Assembly: GCA_021157415.1 (NCBI GenBank) | Contig: JAGGWN010000117.1 | Span: 844 to 64,843 of the forward strand | Reading direction: 5' to 3' | Length of the DNA: 64,000 nt | DNA from: Bacteroidales bacterium | Lineage (GTDB): Bacteria > Bacteroidota > Bacteroidia > Bacteroidales > VadinHA17 | Shown here: in pieces, positions 9,245-17,464 of the stretch | Layout: the number at the start of each line of letters is the position of its first letter | Position numbering within the stretch: position 1 is the stretch's first letter | Translations under genes and position numbers: made by a program | The notes under the pieces: model-generated | The model's input: only the letters and a program-made list of their open reading frames with translations | Told to the model about the DNA's origin: nothing | The model's database searches: none

Positions 9245-10251
9245 TCATGGGTGTTTTGTATTCGCGTAATATAGTCGTTGATGACTTTTTGTTCTTCATA
9301 TTCTTTATATACAGGACTCACCCTGGCACGAAATAGGCTTTTATCCGGGAGGATGATCTCTACGCCGGCTTTTTTAACAGTTTCCAGGGAGTGCTTAACG
9401 CTCTCAGCCCATAATTTTCTTTCAACCTGCACCGATTCGTTGGCAGCCTGCTGCAGCCATTGCTGTTCTTTTTTGGTGAGCTTATCCCATACTTTTTTAT
9501 TGATAATAAGAACATCGGGAACAGTAGTATGCTCGTCAAGGGTATAATATTTACACACTTCATAATGATGGGAAGTGTAAAAACTGGGAGGATTGTTTTC
9601 AGCGCCATCTACCACACCACTTTGCAAGGCCGTATATAACTCTCCCCATGACAAAGGGGTGGGAGATCCCCCCATGGCTTTTACCATCTCCAGGGCTGTT
9701 TTGCTTTTCATAACCCGTATCTTAAGCCCTTTCAGATCTTCCGGTTTGTGAATAGGTTTGGAAACTGTGTAAAAACTGCGGCTGCCGGCATCGTAAAAGC
9801 ACAATCCGCGAATCCATCTTTTTTCCGTGCTTAAAAGAATGTCTTTTCCGATATCTCCGTCCAGGACATTGAACGCATGTTGCTTGGACCGGAACAAGTA
9901 AGGCAGTCCAAGCACTTTATAGTCATCTGTAAAACTTTCCATCACTGCTGCCGAAACTTTTGTCATGGCAAGACTACCGATCTGCACCAACTCGACACAC
10001 TGTTGCTCCGATCCCAGTTGACCGCTGGGGTAAATCTGTATGGTTAATTTGCCTCCGGATAATTCCTGTAACCGGGTAGCCATGTATTCCATGGATTTAT
10101 GTACAGGATGATCTCTCGGAAGACTGTGTGCAAGTTTTAAAACCTTCCGCTGTTTATGAATAACACAGGAAGAGGTGCCGGCAAGAAGGGAAAAAAACAG
10201 GATGATCGTTAACGGTATAAGTGCCCTTGGCCTGTTCCCGGTGATATTCAT
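9241..10251 (-). CDS. dctP: TRAP transporter substrate-binding protein (lipoprotein form)
   Basis: DctP-family sequence (LKLAHSLPRDHPVHKSMEYMA..., GAENNPPSFYTSHHYEV). The ATG at 10251 gives a lipoprotein signal ending in SSC. The ORF track extends to 10317. Confidence 0.85.
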   Translation of the reverse strand: MNITGNRPRALIPLTIILFFSLLAGTSSCVIHKQRKVLKLAHSLPRDHPVHKSMEYMATRLQELSGGKLTIQIYPSGQLGSEQQCVELVQIGSLAMTKVSAAVMESFTDDYKVLGLPYLFRSKQHAFNVLDGDIGKDILLSTEKRWIRGLCFYDAGSRSFYTVSKPIHKPEDLKGLKIRVMKSKTALEMVKAMGGSPTPLSWGELYTALQSGVVDGAENNPPSFYTSHHYEVCKYYTLDEHTTVPDVLIINKKVWDKLTKKEQQWLQQAANESVQVERKLWAESVKHSLETVKKAGVEIILPDKSLFRARVSPVYKEYEEQKVINDYITRIQNTHE

Positions 10252-10286
10252 AAAATAAGGCTTAAAAAATAACCAAAATACACTTT

Positions 10287-10294
10287 CAAAAATA
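10287..10294 (-). promoter_or_regulatory. Candidate -7 promoter box (TATTTTTG on the minus strand) for dctPQM
   Basis: Exact TAnnTTTG match 36 nt upstream of the ATG at 10251. Its position argues against the longer 10317 start. Confidence 0.35.
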
Positions 10295-10344
10295 AAGGAA
10301 AGAACGGGAAGAAGCAAACGTTTGAGCTAAATTATTAAAATAGC

Positions 10345-10974
10345 TTAAATCTTCATTTGTGGATGCCAGGGGGTTACGTTTATTACTTCCATTCCCGCTT
10401 TCCGTGCAGCTTCCAGACCACGTTCAGCATCTTCAAACACCAGACACTTATTGGGATTGACATCCATTTTGTGTGCACAAAGCAGGAAGGTATCTGGCTC
10501 CGGCTTATGATGATTCACCTCGTCAGCCGCAATAATAACATCAAAATACCGTGTGAGACCGAGGTGTTCAAGGGTCTTAAAAGAGGAAGCTTTTAATCGT
10601 CCCGTACCCACAGCCATAGGAAGTTTTCCATAAAAATGCCGGACAATATGCAAAACAGGTTCAATCGGTTTTACCTTTTCTTGTAAGAGATCAAACTCCT
10701 TTTCTTTTCGGGCGGAGAGATCGCAGGCGGAGATTTCCTCCTTTTTGCCATACATTTCAAGAATCTCCTCAGCAATTTTTAACGACGACAATCCGGCGAA
10801 GTAGTAAAACTTATCTTGCGGATACTCTATTCCGAAAGCTTTACATGCTCTGGTCCAGGCTTCCAGATGAGCCGGATTCGAATCGGTCAGCGTTCCGTCA
10901 AGGTCAAATATCAAAGCGCTGAAAGAAGACTTTATTTTTAAAATCACCTCTTCCGGTGTTAGAACTTGCCCCAT
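10345..10974 (-). CDS. HAD-superfamily hydrolase (beta-phosphoglucomutase/phosphatase-like, subfamily IA)
   Basis: Motif I FDLDGTLTDS, with later VGTG and FEDAERGLEAARKAGM motifs. Confidence 0.85.
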   Translation of the reverse strand: MGQVLTPEEVILKIKSSFSALIFDLDGTLTDSNPAHLEAWTRACKAFGIEYPQDKFYYFAGLSSLKIAEEILEMYGKKEEISACDLSARKEKEFDLLQEKVKPIEPVLHIVRHFYGKLPMAVGTGRLKASSFKTLEHLGLTRYFDVIIAADEVNHHKPEPDTFLLCAHKMDVNPNKCLVFEDAERGLEAARKAGMEVINVTPWHPQMKI

Positions 10975-11008
10975 AAGCAGTGTCTTTTGTGAATTTTAAA
11001 AGAGACAT

Positions 11009-11016
11009 CAAATCTA
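11009..11016 (-). promoter_or_regulatory. Candidate -7 promoter box (TAGATTTG on the minus strand) for the HAD hydrolase gene
   Basis: Exact TAnnTTTG match 35 nt upstream of the start at 10974. Confidence 0.35.
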
Positions 11017-11029
11017 ATCTAAAATTTTC

Positions 11030-11037
11030 TAAATTTG
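11030..11037 (+). promoter_or_regulatory. Candidate -7 promoter box (TAAATTTG) for the homocysteine methyltransferase gene
   Basis: Exact TAnnTTTG match 53 nt upstream of the ATG at 11090. It is back-to-back with the divergent box at 11009-11016. Confidence 0.35.
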
Positions 11038-11089
11038 ATTGTTTGAAAAGTAACGAAAACCGGCAAAGATATTTGACCTGTATGATTGA

Positions 11090-11986
11090 ATGATTATGAA
11101 TAAATTATTGGAGTACTTAAAAAGGAAACCGGTGCTTGTCTCTGATGGAGCCTGGGGCACACAATTGCAGGAGAAAGGACTGCCCGCTGGGGAGTGTCCT
11201 GAAAGATGGAATATAACCCACCGCGATATTATCTATTCTGTAGCGAAAGGTTATGCAGATGCCGGAGCGGATATGGTAGAGACCAACAGTTTTGGAGGCA
11301 GTGTGATTAAATTAAAGAGCTACGGACTGGATGATCAGACTTTTGAAATAAACAGGCTGGCTGCTGAAATCTCACGTGAAGCCATCGGCCCGGAAGGAAT
11401 CGTTTTGGGCTCGATCGGGCCTACCGGCAAGCTCCTGATGATGGGAGAGATTGCCCCCACAGAAATGTACGAGGCTTTTGTCCCGCAGGTAAAAGGGCTG
11501 GAAGCCGGCGGAGCGGACGTGGCTATGATTGAAACCATGATGGATATTGAAGAGGCAAAGATAGCCCTACAGGCCGTGAGGGATTATACTCACCTGGCGG
11601 CAATTTGCTCATTTACCTTTGATAAGACCGGCATGGGAGAGTACCGTACCATGATGGGCTTCTCCCCGGCTGATGTGGCAAAAGCAATGGTAGAGGCAGG
11701 GGCCGATGTGATCGGAGCCAATTGCGGGCATGGTATCGAACAAATGGTGCCCATCGCCCGCCAACTGAAAGAAAATGCACCGGATACACCTGTATTGATA
11801 CAGGCTAACGCCGGAGAACCTCATATTCATGGCGACAAAACCATCTTCCCGGAAACACCCCAAGAAACCGTGAGATATGTTCCGGAACTTTATGATATCG
11901 GAGTGGAAATTATCGGAGGGTGTTGTGGCACCACCCCCAACCATATCCGCGAAATACGAAAGAAAATACAGGAACTAAATAGCTGA
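11090..11986 (+). CDS. Homocysteine S-methyltransferase family protein (Pfam S-methyl_trans-like)
   Basis: DGAWGTQL near the N-terminus, ETNSFGG, and the C-terminal zinc-ligand region GANCGHG...IIGGCCGTTPNHI. Confidence 0.85.
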   Translation: MIMNKLLEYLKRKPVLVSDGAWGTQLQEKGLPAGECPERWNITHRDIIYSVAKGYADAGADMVETNSFGGSVIKLKSYGLDDQTFEINRLAAEISREAIGPEGIVLGSIGPTGKLLMMGEIAPTEMYEAFVPQVKGLEAGGADVAMIETMMDIEEAKIALQAVRDYTHLAAICSFTFDKTGMGEYRTMMGFSPADVAKAMVEAGADVIGANCGHGIEQMVPIARQLKENAPDTPVLIQANAGEPHIHGDKTIFPETPQETVRYVPELYDIGVEIIGGCCGTTPNHIREIRKKIQELNS

Positions 11987-12013
11987 ATAATCAGTTGATA
12001 AATTTTATCTGTG

Positions 12014-13282
12014 ATGAAATCATATTTTCGGAATACCATACTAACGGGAATGCTGACCGGATTGGCGCTGCTTACATCCGGATGTGGAAATGCCTCAAAA
12101 AACGAAAAGAAAATGGAAGAAATGAAAACCAGTGAACTAAAAGAAGGCACATTTGTCTATGATGTGAATGTAATGAAGGACAATAAATCCTATGCAATTC
12201 TCCGGTCGGAGGATAGCACCCGTCTGATACTCGTTTCGGCCGATTTGCAGGGACGGGTGATGACCAGCACTTTCGATGGGATGAATGGTTATAGCATAGG
12301 ATGGGTCAATGATAAATTCATCCGGGCCGGGAAGATACAGAAGCATTTCAACCCCTGGGGAGGAGAAGAACGTCTCTGGCTCGGGCCCGAAGGAGGTCAG
12401 TTTTCCCTTTTCTTCAAACCTGGTGCTCCGTTCGATCTGGACCATTGGTATACCCCCGCTGCCTTTGATACCGAACCTTTTGAAACGGAGGAGAAAAGTG
12501 ATAGCATGGTGCGATTCGCCAGGGATATTACCCTGGTGAATTATTCATCACATACCTTTGACATTGGAATCCGGCGCACAGTACATTTGCTCGAAGAGAA
12601 TGACCTGAAAGACCTGTTGGATGAGAGACTCCCCCGCAATGTGAAATGGGTGGGTTATGAAACGGAGAATGTGCTGGAGAATAAAGGAGATCAGGCCTGG
12701 ACAAAAGAATTTGGCATGCCTTCCATATGGTTGCTGGGGATGTACAGACCTTCCGATGCTACCACCATTGTGATCCCTTTTAATACCGGCGACAGCAAGG
12801 TCCTGGGAAAAGTTGTCAACGATGCATATTTCGGGAAGATTTCTCCGGACCGCCTGAAAATTAAAGATGGAGTGATCTTTTTTAAAGGAGATGGGAAATC
12901 CAGAGGAAAGATCGGTCTTAATCCCGAAAGAGCAAAGGATGTTCTGGGAAGCTATGACAATATAAATCATATCCTTACCATTGTGAAATACAATAAACCG
13001 GAGGGGGTGGCGGATTATGTCAATTCGATGTGGGAGATCCAAAAAGATCCATTTGACGGGGATGTGATAAATGCGTATAATGATGGTCCGCTGCCTGATG
13101 GAGGACAGCTTGGACCATTCTATGAATTAGAGACTTCCTCCCCGGCTGCCGTTTTAAAACCGGGAGAAAAACTCATCCACGTCAGCCAGACATGGCATTT
13201 CTCAGGGAGCGAAAGAGCATTGAGTGTGATAGCTGAAAAAATTCTCGGTGCGAGTATCGGAGATATCAAGAATGCCATTTGA
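12014..13282 (+). CDS. Hypothetical lipoprotein (conserved-looking, function unknown)
   Basis: Lipobox LLTSGC and a long uninterrupted ORF with protein-like composition. I could not assign a domain with confidence. Confidence 0.6.
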   Translation: MKSYFRNTILTGMLTGLALLTSGCGNASKNEKKMEEMKTSELKEGTFVYDVNVMKDNKSYAILRSEDSTRLILVSADLQGRVMTSTFDGMNGYSIGWVNDKFIRAGKIQKHFNPWGGEERLWLGPEGGQFSLFFKPGAPFDLDHWYTPAAFDTEPFETEEKSDSMVRFARDITLVNYSSHTFDIGIRRTVHLLEENDLKDLLDERLPRNVKWVGYETENVLENKGDQAWTKEFGMPSIWLLGMYRPSDATTIVIPFNTGDSKVLGKVVNDAYFGKISPDRLKIKDGVIFFKGDGKSRGKIGLNPERAKDVLGSYDNINHILTIVKYNKPEGVADYVNSMWEIQKDPFDGDVINAYNDGPLPDGGQLGPFYELETSSPAAVLKPGEKLIHVSQTWHFSGSERALSVIAEKILGASIGDIKNAI

Positions 13283-13422
13283 AAGGGTTTTTGTGTGCTT
13301 GCCGGAAGCTAAACAGAGAATGTGTTATCCCGAAGGTAGTATTTTATCAGAAGCATGATACAAGGTTAGAAGATCGGAAGTATTATTCTGTATTTTCATT
13401 TTTTATTTAGATTAATTCTTAG

Positions 13423-13430
13423 TAACTTTG
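13423..13430 (+). promoter_or_regulatory. Candidate -7 promoter box (TAACTTTG) for the E1 gene
   Basis: Exact TAnnTTTG match 33 nt upstream of the ATG at 13463. It overlaps the GTG at 13430 that the ORF track uses as a start. Confidence 0.4.
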
Positions 13431-13462
13431 TGCGATTAAAACAGAATTATAAAAAAACAGAT

Positions 13463-15889
13463 ATGCAGGAAGCTGAAAATAAAAAAGATATTTCATTGGA
13501 CGATTTCAGGGCAGAGGTCCTGGCAGATTATAAATTAGCAAATTTAAGCCGGAATCTGAGCACAATAGGCAGGAAAGAAGTTCTAACGGGAAAAGCCAAA
13601 TTCGGTATTTTCGGGGATGGGAAAGAGATTATTCAGATAGCTTTGGCCAAACAGTACAAGAATGGGGACTGGCGCTCGGGTTATTACCGTGACCAGACCT
13701 GGATGATGGCGGCAGGCATTTTCTCGGCCGAAGATTTTTTCCATCAGTTATATGGAAACACGGACCCGGAACTTTCCATAGGGAATGGAGGTCTTTCCTT
13801 TAATAATCATTTTTCCACGCCAAACATAAACCGGGACGGGACATGGCGGGATCTGACAAAACAGAAAAACTCTTCGGCAGACATCTCTCCCACTGCAGGA
13901 CAGATGTCCCGTTTACTGGGTTTGGCTTATGCTTCCAAATTGTTCAGGCATAATAAGGAGTTACATCAGTTTGATACCTTGTCGGTACAAGGCAATGAGG
14001 TAGCATTTGGTTCTATCGGAGATGCCAGTACTTCGGAGGGACATTTCTGGGAGACTGTCAATGCTGCCGGCGTATTGCAGGTGCCGATGGCTTTATCCGT
14101 ATATGATGACGGGTATGGCATTTCGGTTCCGAAAAAGTTCCAGACTACCAAGGGTAGCATTTCGGAATTATTGAAAGGTTTTGAAAGAACCAATGAGAAA
14201 GAAGGGATCCTGATTTATGCGGGAAAAGGATGGGATTATCCGGGATTGTGCAAGCTCTATGAAGACGGAGTGAAGATCTGCCGGGAAGAACAGGTTCCCG
14301 TGGTATTCCATATTCAGGAAGTGACGCAGCCTTTGGGGCATTCAACCTCAGGGTCACATGAGAGGTACAAGTCGGAAGAAAGATTGAAATGGGAAGAGGA
14401 ATTTGATCCGATTCGAAAGATGAGGGAATGGATGATTGAATCGGGGATTGCTCAGGTTGACACATTGGATAATTTGGAACAGCAGGCGCTGCAGGAAGCC
14501 AAAGAGGCACGGAAAAATGCCTGGGAAGCCTTTCAAAGGTCCATTCGTACGGAAAGGGATTCATTGATAAAGATCATCGATAATCGTTCCTGCATGTGTA
14601 AACGTGAACATATTGACAAAGTAGGGCTTACCACCCAGGAACTAAAAAAGATAATGTATCCTTTGCGCAAAGATGTGTTCAGTGCAGCCAAAAAAATCCT
14701 TCGTTGGGTTTGTCCTGATTGTTCCATGCGGGAAACCCTGCAGGGTGACCTGGTAGCCTGGCTGAATAAGAACCTGAAAGATGCCAAAGTACGATATAAT
14801 TCTCACCTTTATAATGAGACCCCTACCTCTGTTTTGAATGTGGTACCGGAGGCTCCTGTTATACAAAAGGATGCGGAAGAAGTGCCCGGACGAATCGTGC
14901 TCCGTGAGAATTTTGATCATCTGTTTTCAAAGTATCCTAAACTGTTGATCTTTGGTGAGGATGCCGGGTTTATCGGAGGAGTGAATCAATCGTTGGAAGG
15001 ACTTCAGAAAAAATACGGTGAACTGCGTGTAACAGATACCGGGATTCGTGAAACAACCATTCTGGGCCAGGGAATTGGCTTGGCGTTGAGAGGATTACGG
15101 CCTATTGCCGAGATGCAGTATTTCGATTATTTATTATATGCTTTACAGACCCTGAGTGATGACCTCGCTACAACGACCTACCGTACCCGTGGAGAAATGA
15201 TTGCTCCGGTAATTATCCGCACACGCGGACATCGTCTGGAAGGAATATGGCATTCCGGATCGCCTTTAAGTATGGTTATCAATTCTATCCGTGGCGTATA
15301 TGTTTGTGTCCCAAGGAATATGACGGTAGCCGCCGGGTTTTATAATACCCTGTTGGAAGGTCAGGATCCCGCATTGGTCATAGAACCATTAAACGGATAC
15401 CGCCGGAAAGAAAAAATGCCTGCTAATATCGGAGAATACAAGATTCCTCTGGGACAACCGGAGATTCTCCACGAAGGAACAGATATTTCCCTGGTAACCT
15501 ACGGGTCGTGTGTCAGGATCGCACAGGATGCCGTAGCACAACTCGAAGAATTTGAGGTATCCGTAGAACTGATAGATGTGCAGACACTTATCCCTTTCGA
15601 TTTGAATAAGACCATCCTGCAATCCGTAATAAAAACCAACCGGGTCTTGTTTTTTGATGAAGATGTCCCGGGCGGGGCCACTGCCTATATGATGCAGAAA
15701 GTTGTGGAAGAGCAGGAAGCATATTATTATCTGGATACGGAGCCGCGCACACTGTCGGCACAGGAACACAGGCCTGCTTATGCAACTGACGGAGACTATT
15801 TCTCCAATCCCAATGCAGAGGATGTTTTTGAGTCGGTGTATGATATTATGCACGAAGCCAACCCGGGAAAGTACCCGAAACTCTATTGA
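13463..15889 (+). CDS. Fused alpha/beta E1 component of a 2-oxoacid (branched-chain type) dehydrogenase, TPP-dependent
   Basis: The N-terminal half is E1-alpha-like (GIFGDGKE..., GDASTSEGHFWE). The C-terminal half is E1-beta/transketolase-like (FGEDAGFIGGVNQ..., DTGIRETTILGQGIGLA, VVFHIQE). Confidence 0.85.
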   Translation: MQEAENKKDISLDDFRAEVLADYKLANLSRNLSTIGRKEVLTGKAKFGIFGDGKEIIQIALAKQYKNGDWRSGYYRDQTWMMAAGIFSAEDFFHQLYGNTDPELSIGNGGLSFNNHFSTPNINRDGTWRDLTKQKNSSADISPTAGQMSRLLGLAYASKLFRHNKELHQFDTLSVQGNEVAFGSIGDASTSEGHFWETVNAAGVLQVPMALSVYDDGYGISVPKKFQTTKGSISELLKGFERTNEKEGILIYAGKGWDYPGLCKLYEDGVKICREEQVPVVFHIQEVTQPLGHSTSGSHERYKSEERLKWEEEFDPIRKMREWMIESGIAQVDTLDNLEQQALQEAKEARKNAWEAFQRSIRTERDSLIKIIDNRSCMCKREHIDKVGLTTQELKKIMYPLRKDVFSAAKKILRWVCPDCSMRETLQGDLVAWLNKNLKDAKVRYNSHLYNETPTSVLNVVPEAPVIQKDAEEVPGRIVLRENFDHLFSKYPKLLIFGEDAGFIGGVNQSLEGLQKKYGELRVTDTGIRETTILGQGIGLALRGLRPIAEMQYFDYLLYALQTLSDDLATTTYRTRGEMIAPVIIRTRGHRLEGIWHSGSPLSMVINSIRGVYVCVPRNMTVAAGFYNTLLEGQDPALVIEPLNGYRRKEKMPANIGEYKIPLGQPEILHEGTDISLVTYGSCVRIAQDAVAQLEEFEVSVELIDVQTLIPFDLNKTILQSVIKTNRVLFFDEDVPGGATAYMMQKVVEEQEAYYYLDTEPRTLSAQEHRPAYATDGDYFSNPNAEDVFESVYDIMHEANPGKYPKLY

Positions 15890-15958
15890 TATATCCTACG
15901 TAGTTGATTTGTAACCTGTTGACCGGTATTGCTATACGGATAGGATGGCTGTGTGGAA

Positions 15959-17443
15959 TTATGCTTCTGCGGGCGTGCCGTCAGTATCTGAAGGGATCTC
16001 ACCGGAGGCAAACCGTCTGATCTTGTAATTAATCGCCGCAATAAAAATGCTCATAAACGGACTAATGAGGTTGAAAAAGGCATAAGGAAGGTATGTTAAA
16101 GTAGGGACACCCAGGACAGTGGCCTGGGTGGCGCCTCCGGTATTCCAGGGAATCAGGACGGAAGTTACCGTTCCGGCATCTTCCAGGGTGCGGCTGAGCA
16201 ATTCCGGCTTATAGCCTTTTTTACGGTAGGTCTTGGCAAACATCCTGCCCGGTACCACAATAGAGATGTACTGATCGGAAGCTGTTATATTAAAAAAGAT
16301 GCAGGTGACTGCGGTGGAGGCTACCAGTGAAGTGGTGTTATGTACGAAACCGAGGATACTTTTGGATATGCGAATTAAAAAATTGCCGGATTCCATCATA
16401 CCTCCGAAGATCATTGCCGACAGAATCAGCCAGATGGTATTCAGCATACCGGCCATACCACGGGTGGCCAGCAGCTTGGTAACAATAGGACTGGGGGTGG
16501 GGATATCCACAGGGCCGAACATGGATTTCATACTGGCAATCCAGGCGAGCTTGGCATAACTTCCACCTGTACCTGCTACCTGGCGAACAGCCTGTGGCTG
16601 GAAGATCAGGGCAAAGATTACGCCCAGCAGTATGCCGGAAAGAAGAGCCGGTACGGCCGGAACCCTGCGTACAATGATGATAATTAACACCACAGGGACA
16701 ATCAACAGAACAGGGGAGATGTAGAATGTGTCTTTCAGGGCCGACATGACCCCGGAGACTTCGGTATGGTTAACCGGATAATGCAGGGTAAAGCCGATGA
16801 TGAGGAAAGCAATCATGGCCAGGGTGATGGAAGGCCAGGTGGTGATGATCATATACCTTATGTGTGTAAACAGATCGGTGCCGGCCATAGCAGGGGCCAG
16901 GTTGGTTGTGTCCGAGAGCGGAGACATCTTGTCCCCGAAGTAGGCGCCCGAAATGATCGATCCGGCTACTAATCCGTCATGGATGCCCAGGGTCCTTCCT
17001 ATTCCTATCAGGGCTATGCCTATGGTTGCGATAGTGGACCAGGAGCTTCCTGTAGCCAATGAGACAAGGGCGGCTATGGTGATGGATGCAAAAAGGAAGA
17101 TCTTGGGATTCAGGATCTCCAGCCCGTAATATATCAGCGTGGGTACAACGCCACTTAACATCCAGGTACCTGCCAGGGCTCCTATCAGAAACAAGATCAG
17201 AATGGCAGGCAGTGCCGAGCTGATGCTGCGAACAATGCTGGTCTCCATCTTTTTCCATCTTACGCCTGTGGAGTAGGCAACGAGTCCCGCAATGGCGGCG
17301 GCCAGCAGCAGGGCCATCTGGTTGGAGCCGGCCAGGGTGTCTTCAAAATATTGGACATTCAGGAAGAGAAAAAGAATGAGAAAGGCCAGAGGAACCAGGG
17401 CCTGAAAAAGTGTAGGTTCTTTTTTACTTGCCGGCTGGCTCAT
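15959..17443 (-). CDS. nhaC: Na+/H+ antiporter NhaC family protein
   Basis: 494-aa polytopic membrane protein with NhaC-like motifs (GAYFGDKMSPLSDTTNLAPA, IPWNTGGA). Confidence 0.85.
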   Translation of the reverse strand: MSQPASKKEPTLFQALVPLAFLILFLFLNVQYFEDTLAGSNQMALLLAAAIAGLVAYSTGVRWKKMETSIVRSISSALPAILILFLIGALAGTWMLSGVVPTLIYYGLEILNPKIFLFASITIAALVSLATGSSWSTIATIGIALIGIGRTLGIHDGLVAGSIISGAYFGDKMSPLSDTTNLAPAMAGTDLFTHIRYMIITTWPSITLAMIAFLIIGFTLHYPVNHTEVSGVMSALKDTFYISPVLLIVPVVLIIIIVRRVPAVPALLSGILLGVIFALIFQPQAVRQVAGTGGSYAKLAWIASMKSMFGPVDIPTPSPIVTKLLATRGMAGMLNTIWLILSAMIFGGMMESGNFLIRISKSILGFVHNTTSLVASTAVTCIFFNITASDQYISIVVPGRMFAKTYRKKGYKPELLSRTLEDAGTVTSVLIPWNTGGATQATVLGVPTLTYLPYAFFNLISPFMSIFIAAINYKIRRFASGEIPSDTDGTPAEA

Positions 17444-17464
17444 GTTCCTGTGTTAATAATGGTG

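Noticed and set aside
10975-11089. A possible riboswitch (SAM or cobalamin type) upstream of the homocysteine methyltransferase gene.
   Set aside because: The interval is only 115 nt. It is AT-rich, is occupied by two divergent promoter boxes, and shows none of the conserved riboswitch core sequences I can recognise.
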